NCBI RefSeq assembly: GCF_006345805.1
Contig: NC_043001.1
Location: 90,830,001-90,894,000 of the forward strand
DNA from: Octopus sinensis
Lineage: Eukaryota
Length of the DNA: 64,000 nt
Direction of reading: 5' to 3'
Shown here piece by piece: positions 1 through 13,266 of this stretch. Under the pieces are notes generated by a model. That model was not told the origin of the DNA. It made no database searches and saw nothing but the letters and a program-made list of their open reading frames with translations. Position 1 is the stretch's first letter, and each line of letters opens with the position of its first letter. A program made the position numbers and the translations under genes.

Positions 1-299
1 CTGTTCCACATCAGCTTTAGCTATGGAGGGCAGACATAGTGTTTTGCTATTCCCAGTGTGCCCACCCCTGCCACCTATACCGGAAGTCTTATGTCTTTCT
101 CCTGAACACCTCTAATGGTTAACTATCCGGAATGCTTTTTCCCCTCCCTTCCCCTCCATCTCTATCTAGTGTCTATCTCCTTTTGGACATAGTGATTATG
201 AGGCAAATGTAATGATGAAGTGTATGCAGGTTGAAGCCCATCTATATGTTTATGAGATCTGCCAAATATACATGCAAGCTTTCTTTTCGAATGCACAAA

Positions 300-2088
300 G
301 CTGCTGTCCTCCATCCCATGGTCTTGCTGGCCCACACCCTCAGAGTTGGTACATTGAAATGGTAGGTCTGGTGAAATTGTTGAGATGCATGTAGATTTGT
401 GCTGCATTCAAGAAGTAAGGTGGAGAGGAGGTTCTGCTAGGTTCCACAGAAGCAAAGAGCATAGATATAATCCTTGCTGAGAAATGGGTTGATAAGGTAA
501 TTGAGGTAGTCATAGTCTCTGATAGAACACTTAAGCTTAGACTAGTGCTGCAACGTGGATTAGCAACCATTATCCCAGTCAGAGCTATCTGATGAACAGA
601 AAGACTGATTTTTATGACACCCTCTTGCAGACTAACTCGTTGATGAATGACGGGCCTTCTCTTTGTGGCTGGTGACTTCAGTGGGCATGTTGGACAACAT
701 CCATGGTGGCAATGGATTTGGTTCGCACAATGAGAAGGGGACCAGGCTGCTGGAGTTCTGTGATGCAAATGATCTTATGATCAGTAATGCTAACTTCAGG
801 AAACCTGCCAATTGTCGGTTCATCTACGAGTCTGGTGGCTACACTAGCCAGATTAACTACGTTCTTGTCAGGAAACAAGAAAGATAGCTACTTCTAAATG
901 CCAAAACCTTCCTAAGTGAAAAATGCACCCCACAACATAGGTTAGTAGTTAGCAACTTCAGAATTGGGGCTAAATGGGCGACCAGTGTGGAAAAGAAGGG
1001 TCTAGAAGCTTAAGGGTCCTCTGAATGGATTGAGATTTAGAGATGTATTGAGGTATTTGATGAAAAAGAGGAGGATGTAGCATCACAATGTGGTATAGTA
1101 GATGCACAGGTGCAATAAACACCGAACATGGACAGAAAACAGATTCCATCACATGTTGGGGGGTGGGGGCTAGAAGTAGTTAATAGCTTCTGTTACCTAG
1201 ATGACCAAGTCAGTAGCAGGGGTGGATGTTCTGAGAGCATAGCTGCTAGAATAAGAATAGCCTGGGCAAAGTTCAGAGAGCTACCTCTGCTGGTAACAAA
1301 GGGCCTCTTGCTTAGACTGAAAGGTAGACTGTATGTTACTTGTGTGCAAATAGCCATGCTACATAGCAGTGAAACATGGACTGTAACTGTTGAGGACATG
1401 TAAAGGCTTGAAAGGAATGAAGCTAGTATGCTCCGCTGGGTGTGTAATATCCGTGTGTATATACGACAGTGTCAGTGCCCTGAGAGAAAAGTTGGACATA
1501 AGAAGCATTAGATGTGTGCAAGAAGGACAACTGCGTTGGTATGGTCATGTGATGCATATGGATGACAGCTGTGTTAACAAGTGTCACACTCTAGCAGTAG
1601 AGGGAACCTGTGGAAGACAAGAGGTGAGGTGGTGAAGCATGCCCTTTGAACATTGGGCCTCATGAAGGCAATGACAAGTGACTGAGACTTTTGGAGATAT
1701 GCCGTGCTTGAGAAGACCCAGCAAGCCAAGTGAGATCGTAGTCATGGTTGATGCCAGTGTCACATAACTGGCCCATTTAAAAAAAAAGCACCCTTCAATT
1801 GTTGGGCAATATGCTGTGCTTGTGAAAACCTGTTGAACCAAGGGAAATCGTTGTCATGGCTGACTAGCACCCGTGCCGGTGGCACTTAAAAAGCACCATT
1901 TGAGTGTGCTCGATACCAGTGCTGCATGACTGGTTCCTGTGCCAGTGACACTCTCAGAGTGGTTGGTGTTAAGAAGGGCATCAAACTATAGAAACCTTGC
2001 AACACCAGACTGGAGCCTGGTGCAGCTTGCCAGTTCTCAGTCAAACCATCCAACCCACGGAAAGCAGATGTTAAATGATGGTGATGAT
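300..2088 (+). mobile_element. RTE-clade LINE relic (APE endonuclease part + ORF2 C-terminus + 3' UTR; RT core missing)
   Basis: Frameshifted APE motifs (VAGDF, GFGSHNEKGTRLLEFC, SQINYVLV), then FCYLDDQ..ARIRIAWAKFREL..SETW..LRWYGHV. Ends in the (GAT)n-tailed 3' sequence repeated throughout the window. Confidence 0.85.
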
Positions 2089-2519
2089 TGTATTTATTTC
2101 CCAAATGATCATTTCTCTTTGTTCAGTCAAGACTTCATTTTTAACATTGATTATGATAGGCTGATGGTATACTCATTGTAGTAACAATAGTGTTTATTTC
2201 AGTATGCTTATGCAAACAGAAAATAGAACTCAAAATATGAGTATATGTATATAATTATTATTTAGCAAAAGCAGTAGAGTGACTCAAAGGCTGAGGGGTT
2301 TTCTGCATTGGCACTTATCAAACTTGCATATTAGAGAGTTCAGAAAGTAATTGAGTTTTTTTTCACCAATATGAAATATGAATCAATCAATTACATCAGA
2401 ACCAAGGTCAAATCGGTGGAAACGTCTAGAAATGGTAAGTCATCTCTTCTATCCAACAGTGTCGTTCATAGTTATTTTGGAAATTAACCCCATGAAGGGA
2501 AAAAAAAACAAACATTCAA

Positions 2520-2810
2520 GTGAGGTTGTTGCCAGTGCCGCTGGACTGGTTCCTGTGCAAGTAGCATTTAAAAAACACCATTTAAGCATGGCTGTTGCCA
2601 GTACCGCCTGATTGGCTCTCGTACCGGTGGCACGTAAAAGCACCCACTACACTCTTGCAGTGGTTGGTGTTAGGAAGGGCATCCAGCTGTAGAAACTCTG
2701 CCAGATCAGATTGGATTCTGGTGCAGCCATCTGGTTCGCCAGTCCTCAGTCAAATTGTCCAACTCATGCTAGCATGGAAAGTGAACGTTAAACGATAATG
2801 ATGATGATGA
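2520..2810 (+). mobile_element. RTE 3'-end fragment / RTE-tail short element
   Basis: gtggttggtgttaggaagggcatccagctgtagaaac...catgctagcatggaaag..gttaaacgat(gat)n, same as the end of the 300-2088 element. Confidence 0.85.
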
Positions 2811-3670
2811 AGGGTAAGAACTTTACGAAACAACATATTCATCATTGCTTGCTGTATGAGTTTCAAAAGATAAGTACTGCTACAGAAGCAATGGAAAACG
2901 TTTGTGAAGTGTATCTGGATGCAGTGAAAGCTTCTACATGTCAGCTGTGGTTTAAAAGGTTTAAAAATAGCGATTGTGACATATCCAATAAGCCTTGTTC
3001 TGGAAGACAACCTTTTTGAATGAGATTGTTGTATCAGATACAGGTCAAAGCACCAGAGATTTGGTGCAAAACTATCTACAAACCTCCTCAAGCAAATTGG
3101 GAAAACATTCCACCATCTGCAGCAGTTTTCTAACCTAGAATAACAACCTGTCATTTCTGCAGCACATTGTTACAGGTGGTGGAAAATGGGTTTTGCATTA
3201 CAACAGAAAACAAAAAAAGATAGTGGTTACCACGTAATGAGAGCCAACACCAAAACCAGAACTCCTTCCACAAAAATCCTTTGTGTTTGGTGGAACAAGA
3301 GAGATATTGCCCATTACAAGCTACTGGAACTTGAAAGGACCATCAATGCAGATGTTTATTGTCAACAGCTTGATTGTGTAAATGAAAAATTACATTGAAA
3401 GTGGCCAGCTTTGGTGAACAGAAAAGATGTTATTCTCCAGTATATTCTCCACATGGTCATACCATTCAAAATAAACCTAAGAAAAAATGAGATTGTTAGG
3501 ATGGGAAGTTCTTCCATATCCTTCATCCTCACCTGACTTGGTTCTTATGGATTTCCATCTGTTCTGATCACAAGAGCATTTTATAAGAGACAAAACATTC
3601 AGAAATAGAAAGGAAATTGAAAACGGTTTTCAGACTTTTTTCAGGAAAAGAAATAAGTTTCTTTGAATGT
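2808..3670 (+). mobile_element. mariner transposase pseudogene
   Basis: KQHIHHCLLYEF (HTH), LCVWWN..HYKLL..TINADVYCQQL, and a degenerate YSPDLAPSDFHLF motif at ~3525-3565; stops and frameshifts. Confidence 0.85.
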
Positions 3671-4214
3671 GGCTGTATGGAATAAAATATCCTTTACTTG
3701 AAAAAAGATAGTATGCTTAGTGTCAGAAAGGGCATCTAGCTATATAAAAAAAAATACTCAACATATCTAATGTATGCTAGCATGGCTATAAAATGAACAA
3801 TCAATAGAAAACTAAGGTTTGAGTAAAATATGTTGTAGAATGCTGTACAAGTTGTTCTTTTGTTTTACTACATTTAACATACGAGGTTTAGTAATTTTAT
3901 GGAATAGAGACAGCAAAGCAATATCTCTTTCAGCTGTAAATTGCCTTGTGTTGAAACTAGCTGGGGCAAAAATAGATTGTGTCAGTGCTTTCATTGACAA
4001 GCCAGAAGGTGGACCGCTGACTCAGAAAAAAGAAGAGAACTGCTTGTTCAAGCTACATCTTGCTAAGGGAAAAGAGATGAAAGCAGGCAGCATTGAGTTT
4101 CTATTTATGTAGCCAGTACTAGGCTGAGTGATGTTTATTGATTCAATAAATTGACAAATGATTGAAACTTCAGATGCTGCAAGATGGTCAATGCATTAGC
4201 ATAAATGACTCATA

Positions 4215-4440
4215 TCTTTTACTTGTTTCAGTCTTTGGACTGTTGCCATGCTGGAGTACTGCTTTAAAGGATTTGGTCAAACAAACAGAGCTAAGTACTT
4301 ATATTTTTTAAAGTCTGGTACTTATTCTATCAGGCTTTTTTACTGAACTGTTAAGTTATTGAGATGTTAACAAACTAACACCAGTTGTCAGGCAGTAGTG
4401 GTGGACAAACACAGACATGCACACACACACACATACACAC
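4215..4440 (-). mobile_element. tRNA-derived SINE (family A), 3' half
   Basis: Matches the 10983-11376 copy (tttacttgtttcagtc...ccatgctggag...). Confidence 0.75.
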
Positions 4441-4643
4441 ATCTATATGTAGGGGTTCACTCCCCCTACTAGTGATATATTGTATATAAAGGTTGCAGAG
4501 CATTGCACCGATAACCAGCTGGTGGAGAATTTGCCTGAGGTTAAGCTAGTAGTAACATTCAACTGCCACTTTAATGTGGTGACACTTTACATTATTACTC
4601 TCTCTCTTCTTGAGATTTTATAACTATGCATATATATATATAT

Positions 4644-4908
4644 GGAGGCGCAATGGCCCAGTGGTTAGGTCAGCGGACTTGCGGGTGTAGGATCGCGGTT
4701 TCGATTCCCAGACCAGGCGTTGTGAGTGTTTATTGAATGAAAACACCTAAAACTCCACGAGGCTCTGCCAGGGGGTTGTGGTGATCCCTGCTGTACTCTT
4801 TTGCCACAACTTTATCTCACTCTTTCTTCTGTTGGCTTGCTTGCTTAGCCAGTGGGGTGGCGCCATTTGAAGGCTAAAACAATGCGAAGCACATTGTGAC
4901 CAACGATG
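4644..4908 (+). mobile_element. tRNA-derived SINE (family B)
   Basis: Pol III A box tggcccagtgg and B box gtttcgattcc; 5' ~180 bp shared with 21489-21790. Confidence 0.85.
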
Positions 4909-5455
4909 ATATATATATGTGACCACGGTGATATATATATCTATAATGTATATAGAATATGAAAGGTTTAATTCATTGATGATCTAAATGAATAGGTACA
5001 CTGTGTAAGTACTATAATTAGTCATCCATTAGGTTCCAAGTTCCCAGCTGAGGCTGGAGTTAGGGATCCATAGTAGACTTCCAAGCTAGCAGGCATATAT
5101 TAGAGGAAAAAGGATAACAAAATCAAAGCAGGATGAGTATCTCAGGTCATCTAGAGTATTTAATTAGAGTAAGGTGAATTAGAAGTAATTAATGTCTTAC
5201 AGCTGTTTCTTGGATATCCCAGGTAATGGGTCAGCATCTCCATACACTGGAGACAAGGTGTGTATGTAGGAAAGTTCCAGACAGAGAATTCAGTGTATAA
5301 AAGAATAAAACAGTAGATAGAAGAATAAAGACATATATACACACGTAGTGGAGTTTTTTGGGTTTTTTTCAGTTTCTGTTAACCAAAAAAAAATATTGGT
5401 TAAAAGTTAGCTAAAATATACATGTAATTTATTTGTGTAGTACTTAAGCTAATGA

Positions 5456-6210
5456 CAAGGAAATTGACAATAGACTTTCTAAAACAAATAGCTCCTTTGG
5501 CAGATTGTACAAACGTGTTTGGCACAATGGTGGCCTGAAGAACAAAACCAAGATCAGTGTCTACAGGGCCGTGGTTCTCACCACTCTTCTCTACGGCTCA
5601 GAGACCTGGATCACTTACCGCAGTCACATCTGTCTCCTTGAGCACTTCCACCAGTGATGTCTCCGCACCATCCTCAACATTCACTGGAGTGACTTCGTCA
5701 CAAACATTGAAGTCTTGGAGCGGGCCAAGATCCCCAGCATTGAAGCCACGCTACTGAAGTACCACCTCCGATGGGCAGGGCATGTCTCCAGAATGGAGAA
5801 CCATCGCCTTCCAAAGATTGCCCTGTTTGGCGAACTCTCCACTGGCCACAGAGTGAGAGGAACTCCGAGGAAGTGCTACAAAGACTGCCTGAAGAAGTCT
5901 CTAACAGCATGTCAAATTAACCACCGATGATGGTCAGACATGGCTGCGGACTGTGATGTATGGTGCCACACAATCTTCAACGCAGTCAGCAAGTTTGAGG
6001 AACGAAGAAGAGACGCACTTAAAGACAAGAGACGCAGGAGGAAGGCGCGAGCCGCCTCTGACACCACACCAGATGTTACCTTCGTCTGTGGACACTGCTC
6101 ACGGACCTGCCTTTCCCATATCAGACTTGTCAGTCACGAGCGTGCATGCACGTAATGTGGACAGCCTTCCTGATCTTCGTTCGTGAAGCTGAGCCATGAG
6201 ATGAGATGAG
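5456..6210 (+). mobile_element. 5'-truncated RTE-clade LINE with 14-bp TSD and C-terminal zinc finger
   Basis: TSD acttaagctaatga at 5442-5455 and 6211-6224; (ATGAG)n tail; TKISVYRAVVLTTLLYGSETW..LRWAGHVSRM..CGHCSRTCLSHIRLVSH with two in-frame stops. Confidence 0.95.
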
Positions 6211-6565
6211 ACTTAAGCTAATGAAGGAGCCCATTTCTGGTTACTTAGTCTGCTAAAAGTAGCAGTCAAATTTCCTTGATCACACCCTACTATCTTATTT
6301 AAAGATAAGATACATTCGGTAATGTAGCCCTTCATACACCTTAGAAATGGTCAGTCAGGACTGGAATGCCTTTTATCACAAGTTTGTTCAACTATGGTTG
6401 ACCTGAGAGTAAATAACTACACCTAATTATTAAAGATATAAAAGAAAGTGCAACAAATGCACTAAAATTTGTTTATATAAATTATTCTGAATTAAATATA
6501 TGGATGATCTAGATATTTTTAAAAAATGTTTTATCACTGAATAAACTCCAGAGTACATGGTATTA

Positions 6566-6795
6566 GGCGGCGAGCTGGCAGAAACGTTAGCACGCCAGGC
6601 AAAATGCTTAGCGGTATTTCGTCTGCGTTATGTTGTGAGTTCAAATTCCGCCGAGGTCGACTTTGCCTTTCATCCTTTCGGGGTCGATAAATTAAGTACC
6701 AGTTACGCACTGGGGTCGATGTAATCGACTTAATACCTATGTCTGTCCTTGTTTGTCCGCTCTGTGTTTAGCCCCTTGTGGGTAATAAAGAAATA
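6566..6795 (+). mobile_element. tRNA-derived SINE (family C, Meta-domain-like core)
   Basis: A/B boxes (gagctggcagaa, gagttcaaattcc); core gcctttcatcctttcggggtcgataaattaagtacc; ggtattag repeated at 6559-6566 and 6796-6803 (putative TSD). Confidence 0.85.
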
Positions 6796-7538
6796 GGTAT
6801 TAGTGACTTTTCGACATTGTAAATATAACTGAAGTGCTCTTTGCAAGTCTTAATGTAGCTGCATACATTTGTCCTGTAATTGCATGAGGTTGAAGGACAA
6901 ATTTCCAAAGTTAAATATGAATATAACAAATACAGTATTATTTTAATTCTTACGTATGCTTCTAGATAAATTACAGCTTTTTTTTTTACTAAAAACAAAA
7001 AAAAAAAGGAGGTATGAAGACTGTTTGCAATTTATCTCCTGAACTTTACTCTGGTTTGAAATTTGCAGTGCGTGCGCACACACACACACACACACATACA
7101 CACACACACACACTCGCTCACTTACATATGCACCCATACAATGACTGAGTAAAGAGGGTGTGTTGGTCATGTCACTACTCATACTCTTTGGATAATGGTA
7201 TTATAAACAAATATACTCTGATGATGTCACACCGAAAACAAAGACTGCTTTAGTAGAATTCAATTCTGCTTCTAAACAAACATGGAGTCTCATGAATTAG
7301 CATGTACACAGCTTCCACATGTGTGTGAAACATGTTCTCTATTAGACAGCTATAATCCTTATGTCAAATTTGATGTTGAATATTTTGCCAGCCAATTAGG
7401 TGTGGTGATTTAAAAGCACCAGTTAATCTAGTTGCTGAAGGTATGAATTATAGACAAACATTGCTGTTACCTCTGGTTTCACAAAATTGCTAGACTTTGT
7501 TGGTAATGATTGGGATTACTTTAGCTAAATGTTTTATA

Positions 7539-7929
7539 TCTATATATATAAAGCTGAAGTTGTTTGTGTGTGGCAGGTTTGGTAGCCTTCAACTAACACT
7601 ATCTCCTCCGAGACCCTGCGGCGCAAGTTGACCAAAATTGAGAGTATGATAGAAGAAGGCTTGCTCTTCATTCCGTAGAAGATAAAATTCAAATCTGACC
7701 ATGTTAAGACCAAAAATTATTTACATCAAAAAGGTGCTTTTTTTCTATGAAAATCCCTATTTTTTTACGATTTTTTGACTGCTGTGTCACCATTTTCCGG
7801 TGTATTTCAATCAGAAAAATGTTCACTTAAAGAGAATAACAAGCTACATAATGCAAAATTTTTACTTTTCAAAAATTCCAATTCTAAAGGCTTGAAACAA
7901 ACCTGAGCAACGCCGGGTGATGCTGTTAG
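7539..7929 (+). mobile_element. Non-autonomous Helitron
   Basis: A|TCTATATATATAAAG 5' end; 3' hairpin cctgagcaacgccggg then TTAG|T; no TSD; 3' end matches 17140-17167. Confidence 0.8.
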
Positions 7930-8244
7930 TTTTTATTTAAATACAACCACAAGTGAAGTTACAAACAGTATTTACGAAAAGTAACAAGCAACTTTTTGTA
8001 TGGATGAAAGCCTGCAGCAAAATATGTAATATTCAAAGTGAGTGGGAATTTTGTACAAATACATACAGTATCGGCATTATCATCATCTTTTAACATCTGC
8101 CTTTCATTCTGGTATGGGTTGGATGATATGATAGGATTTAACAAGCCAGAGGACTGCATTGGGCTTTGTCATGGTTTCAGTGGTCGGATGCCCTTCCTAA
8201 TGGCAATCACATTTCAGAATGTACTGGGTGCTATTTTTCATGTA

Positions 8245-8739
8245 CCGTAAATCCTTGAGTATAATACGCAGGAAATTTTTAGGGGGCTGTACCTCTGAAG
8301 AACCTAAACCTCATGTATAATACACACCCCTTATCTAACTTGAGTCAAGGAGGTCTATATTACGTCCTTGGTTTGTAAAACTGTATATGGTAACATCCTT
8401 TATTATTATTGTATATATAACATAATGCAAACGTGTAGCTTTTTTGTGCATTTTGTTTGCAGAAAATAAAGAAATAACAGTAATAACGTTTAATAAATGT
8501 TGCTTACTGCAAGTTATGGATGATCCTTTTATGACTTCATTGCTTTCAGGCTTAGCTTAAGGTATTTTCGCGCCCGTCATCACAAAATGCGTCTGAATAA
8601 AAATAGCCGGACAGCAAATAGAGACTCGGACATTGCTTAGAAAATAATTTTCATTTTTAACCTCGTATATAGTATGCATTAGGGATTTTGACCTTTAAAT
8701 TTTGGGGAAAAAATGCGGATTATACTCGAGGATTTACAG
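8245..8739. mobile_element. Tc1/mariner-superfamily MITE
   Basis: TIRs ccgtaaatccttgagtataatacgca / tgcggattatactcgaggatttacag, TA on both sides; interrupts an RTE-tail element (~8075-8850). Confidence 0.85.
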
Positions 8740-8964
8740 TAGTTTTAAGAACTCAGATCACCATTAGTGATTGAGTGAAGGTTCAGCAGAGAGAGAGGTA
8801 GCTTTATGCTAGGTGATGAAAAGTTACAATATGAAGAGAAAGGATTAGGACAGACATGTAGATGAAAAATTATTTTTATGTCTAATGTTTGAATGTCTTA
8901 AAATTTTTTTATATATAATATGATGTGTTTCAAGAAACACAGTGAACTACTGTGAAAATCTAGG

Positions 8965-9175
8965 TCAGTGCACTAGCAGAATCGTTAGCACTCCAGGTGA
9001 AATGCTTAACTGTATTTTGTCCACCCTCATGTTCTGAGTTCAAATTCCATGAAAGTTCACTTTGCCTTTCATCCTATCAGAGTTGATAAAATAAGTCACA
9101 AATGAACATTGGAGGCAATGAAATTGACTTAACCCCCACCTGAAACTGCTGATCTTTTGCCAAAATTTGAAACAA
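8965..9175 (+). mobile_element. SINE family C, degenerate
   Basis: Aligns by eye with 6566-6730. Confidence 0.7.
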
Positions 9176-10108
9176 TATTGTAAATATCTTGTATTCTACT
9201 GTTTAATATTAATCCACATTTGTTATTTCTATCCCCTCTAATCATAATCATTATGATTAACATAAATATTTGTAGATACATATTGGCAATATATAGTGAC
9301 ACAAACGTGTTTTCCAAATGATAAATCAACTCATTAGATATTCTAATATTAATTAAGTCTATTCAAAATAAATTTTCACTGGATAAACCATATATATTTA
9401 TTTATTTTATATATCCCTCTTCTTAGAACTGACATACCTTACCTCTAAAAAAAACTCTTCATGTTTACTGTCAATACCACCCCTTGTCCCCTACTCACTA
9501 TAACCACCAATACATAACTTTGACCTTCATCTCTATCCCCCTCTCTCTCTCTGTTTAAAATATAAGAATAGGAGAAAGCAAAGTCTTCAGTGTGAGTATG
9601 TGGTTTTTGGGGTCATTTTTTCTTAATCACTCATTCTCATTTATTTGTATATTCCATACCCTGACCCCAATGTTTGTTTTGTCTGTCCCCCCCCCCTCCG
9701 TATTGTCCCCTCTTTTTCTCAACCTTATGGTGAATAAAGAAATTCTCTCTCTCTCAATTTTCTGATCTGTATACCAGCTTATCATACAGCTGCCCTCCAT
9801 GGATATCCCTTATGCCACTTCTCACCTTCCCTTTCTTTAGCTATTACTTTCACCTCCTTCCCCATACTGATATTTACCATTAACCATCCCTCCACCCTTG
9901 TATATCATTCAGTACACTAAGCTCTTCCTCCATTCATAACCACCAGTCACTCTCCTCTCACACTCCTATGAACTTAACCTCCACCCCACACACACTTCTA
10001 ACCTTTGTCTGTATTCTCTTTCAGACTCTTCTTGTATCTTGACACTATGCTCCCACACCTCTATCTTCTTTCTTACTACTCCCACCCACTCTTGTATAAT
10101 GCAAAGCA

Positions 10109-10185
10109 TCTTCTTCTTCTTCTTCTTCTTCTTCTTCTTCTTCTTCTTCTTCTTCTTCTTCTTCTTCTTCTTCTTCTTCTTCTTC
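10109..10185. repeat. (CTT)n microsatellite
   Basis: ~25 perfect units; source of the poly-K/L/F ORFs. Confidence 0.95.
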
Positions 10186-10855
10186 CAAGTTTCTAGGCAA
10201 CTTTCTCTCATGCCAGTGTCATGAAAAAGACACCCAGTACCCTGTGCCATAAAACAGTTAACATGAGGAAAGGCACCCAGCTGTAGAAACCATGCCAAAG
10301 CAGACATAAGTACTCAACATAGTTCTCTGGCTCTTTGAATCCTATCAAACTGTCTATTCTATGCCAACATGGAAGACAGACATAATGATGATGATGATGG
10401 CATATACTTGTGTGTGTGCATGTGTTAAAGAAGGAAAAATTAAAACAGAAGACCTCCAATTGATTTAAGTAGTATAAAAATCTAAAATCTCTGGAATAAA
10501 AAAAATAATGTAAATAAATTTTCCATAGAAACTTAGATAAATAACATACTTGTTATTCTTTCTTGGTATCTGACCCAGATTCAATTCAATGGATATACAC
10601 ATCATCCTTTCACAAGAACATATTTCACCTCTCCAGCTTCATTCATGTGTGAGTTATTTTTAAATTATAAATGTATGTTATCAAAAAGGAGATTGGTAAG
10701 TATGGATGAACATCATTACTATAAAATCATAATAATACCAGGAAAATATCCTCTTAAATAAATTGTGTAGGCTTCATATTGTTTTAATTACTTCTCTGTG
10801 ATAAAGTATCTGCCAATACATTCAGAAAATCATAAAGAAGTAAGAATGGAATTCA

Positions 10856-10887
<32 letters not shown>

Positions 10888-10982
10888 TTAATGTTTATGT
10901 TTCAGTCAGCTTTGCTGCAGTGAGATAATTAAATCTAAAGCCACTTCAAAGTTACAAGGTGTAATTTCTCTTTCTCTTTCTC

Positions 10983-11376
10983 TTTTACTTGTTTCAGTCA
11001 TTTGACTGCGGCCATGCTGGAGCACCGCCTTTAATCGAGCAACTCGACCCCGGGACTTATTCTTTGTAAGCCCAGTACTTATTCTATCGGTCTCTTTTTT
11101 TTGCCGAACCGCTAAGTGACGGGGACGTAAACACACCAGCATCGGTTGTCAAGCGATGCTAGGGGGACAAACAGATACACAAACACACACATATATATAT
11201 ATATACATATATACGATAGGCTTCTTTCAGTTTCCGTCTACCAAATCCACTCACAAGGCATTGGTCGGCCTGGGGCTATAGCAGAGACACTTGCCCAAGA
11301 TGCCATGCAGTGGGACTGAACCCGGAACCATGTGGTTGGTTAGCAAGCTACTTACCACACAGCCATTCCTGCGCCT
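10983..11376 (-). mobile_element. Full-length tRNA-derived SINE (family A) with internal (CA)/(TA) tract
   Basis: Minus-strand head aggcgcaggaatggctgtgtggtaag...gggttcagtccc (A/B boxes); CpGs retained, suggesting a young copy. Confidence 0.9.
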
Positions 11377-11440
11377 ATGTATATATAATTTTAAGCCTTT
11401 ATGACATTGAGGTTATTCTGAATGTAACGCAAATTTTATT

Positions 11441-12030
11441 CTTTTACTTGTTTCAGTCATTTGACTGTGGCCATGCTGGAGCACTGCCTTTAGTCGAGCA
11501 AATCAACCCAGGACTTATTCTTTGTAAGCCTAGTACTTATTCTATCGGTCTCTTTTGCTGAACCTATAGTTACGGGGACATAAACACACCAACATTGGTT
11601 GTCAAGTGATGTTGGGGGGGGACAAACACAGATACACAAACATACACACACACACACATATATATACAACGGGCTTCTTTCAGTTTTCGTCTATCAAATC
11701 CACTCAAGGCTTTGGTCGGCCCGAGGCTATAGTAGAAGACACTTGCCCAAGGTACCACACAGTGGGACTGACCCCGGAACCATGTGGTTGGTAAGCAAGC
11801 TACTTACCACACAGCCACTCGTATGTCTATATTTATTCACATTGTCTTCAATTAATCATGCATAATCTTGTAGCTTCAAGATTTTGTTGATACTCTTTCT
11901 TTTATTCTTTTACTTGTTTCAATCATTTGACTGCAGCCATGCTGGAGCTCTGCCTTTAGTCGAACAAATCAACCCCATGACTCATTCTTTGTAAGCCTAG
12001 TGCTTATTCTACCAGTCTCTATTGTCAAAC
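11441..12030 (-). mobile_element. Two further family A SINE copies in tandem (11441-11820 full; ~11905-12030 partial)
   Basis: Near-identical to 10983-11376. Confidence 0.85.
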
Positions 12031-13031
12031 CTCTAGAATACTGGAGCTGGATATAGTCAGGTGTTGAAAGGTGTCTGTATGATAGGACAAGCACAGGTGA
12101 CTTACTACAGAGGAAATATTTAACTACCTGACATTATATAAGGATAGGTGGCAGTAGTTGGAAAGGAGATAAAAGAATGTAATGGTGGAGTGAATGCCAG
12201 AGCAAACTCTCAAGGTACAAGAAGGTGAGCATAAGAGGAGGTATGCATTGTCAATCATGGAAGGGGAGGAGAGAGTGGATACTTTCATAAGAGTGTGAGG
12301 GGAGAGTGAATGATGGTTAGAGATGTGAGTAGAGGTGAACAAGATTGGAGGTGTGGTCAATGGAAAATATCAGTAAGGAGATAATAAGGTGGGAGAGATA
12401 GAAGTGGTTCAGTAAGGATAGATCAGAAGGTGGGGAGATGATGTGCATGGTGTTAGGAATGATGAAGAGGGAGATGTAGGGTGCATAAGGGTGATTTCTG
12501 GGAGTAGGGTGTGATGGCAGATATAAGAGAGCACTGAGAAAGATAGTAGATATGTGAGGTGTTAAAATGGAGTATGGCAGAGGAGAGAGATAACTGAAGG
12601 AAGTAACTGGTGAAAATAGTGGGGGATAAGGAAGGGAGAGTAATGTGGATAAGGGATGGAAGTGATTGGCGTGGGGGTGGGGAGGTAACTGATAATGCAA
12701 AGAAAATGGGGTGGGGTTGGGGAAGAGTAACATGTGTCCATATTGCCCTCAAGTGATTACAAGTGCCAAGTAGTGTCATAGATAGAGGAAGGAAGGAGGA
12801 TTGGGTGTCTGGGGGAATACAGGGGGGGGGGGCATAATGAATTACAAGCATAAACAGAATGCTTTTTAAGAGAGAGAGAGAGAGAATAAAAAACAGAAAA
12901 GCATAAATTCCACTGACAGATTTACTGCAATTCTGTAACATGTTGGATTTTAATGATCTATTATTAATTGAGCTCTTAATTGTTGTCGATGTTTAGTTTT
13001 TGATGTTTTATACATTATCTTCTTTATATGG

Positions 13032-13032
<1 letters not shown>

Positions 13033-13088
<56 letters not shown>

Positions 13089-13089
13089 C

Positions 13090-13159
<70 letters not shown>

Positions 13160-13224
13160 CATAGATATACACCTACATATATCCAGATTTGAAGTGTACT
13201 CATTCCAATTACAGAGCCTCAACA

Positions 13225-13262
<38 letters not shown>
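13033..13262. repeat. Compound microsatellite (TA)n-(GACA)n-(GATA)n-(CA)n
   Basis: Directly visible. Confidence 0.95.

Positions 13263-13266
<4 letters not shown>

Noticed and set aside
4448-4591. TG...CA segment with TATA resembling a tiny solo LTR
   Set aside because: No convincing TSD and no second copy in the window.
4644-4720. tRNA-like sequences (also 6566, 21489, 11300-11376)
   Set aside because: SINE heads continuing into SINE bodies; no proper cloverleaf or terminator.
9966-10307. Poly-K/L/F ORFs
   Set aside because: (CTT)n repeat.
2126-10958. Scattered + strand splice-like sites (donors at ~2434 and ~10695; possible exon 10906-10958)
   Set aside because: No coherent frame or recognisable protein; such sites arise by chance in AT-rich DNA.
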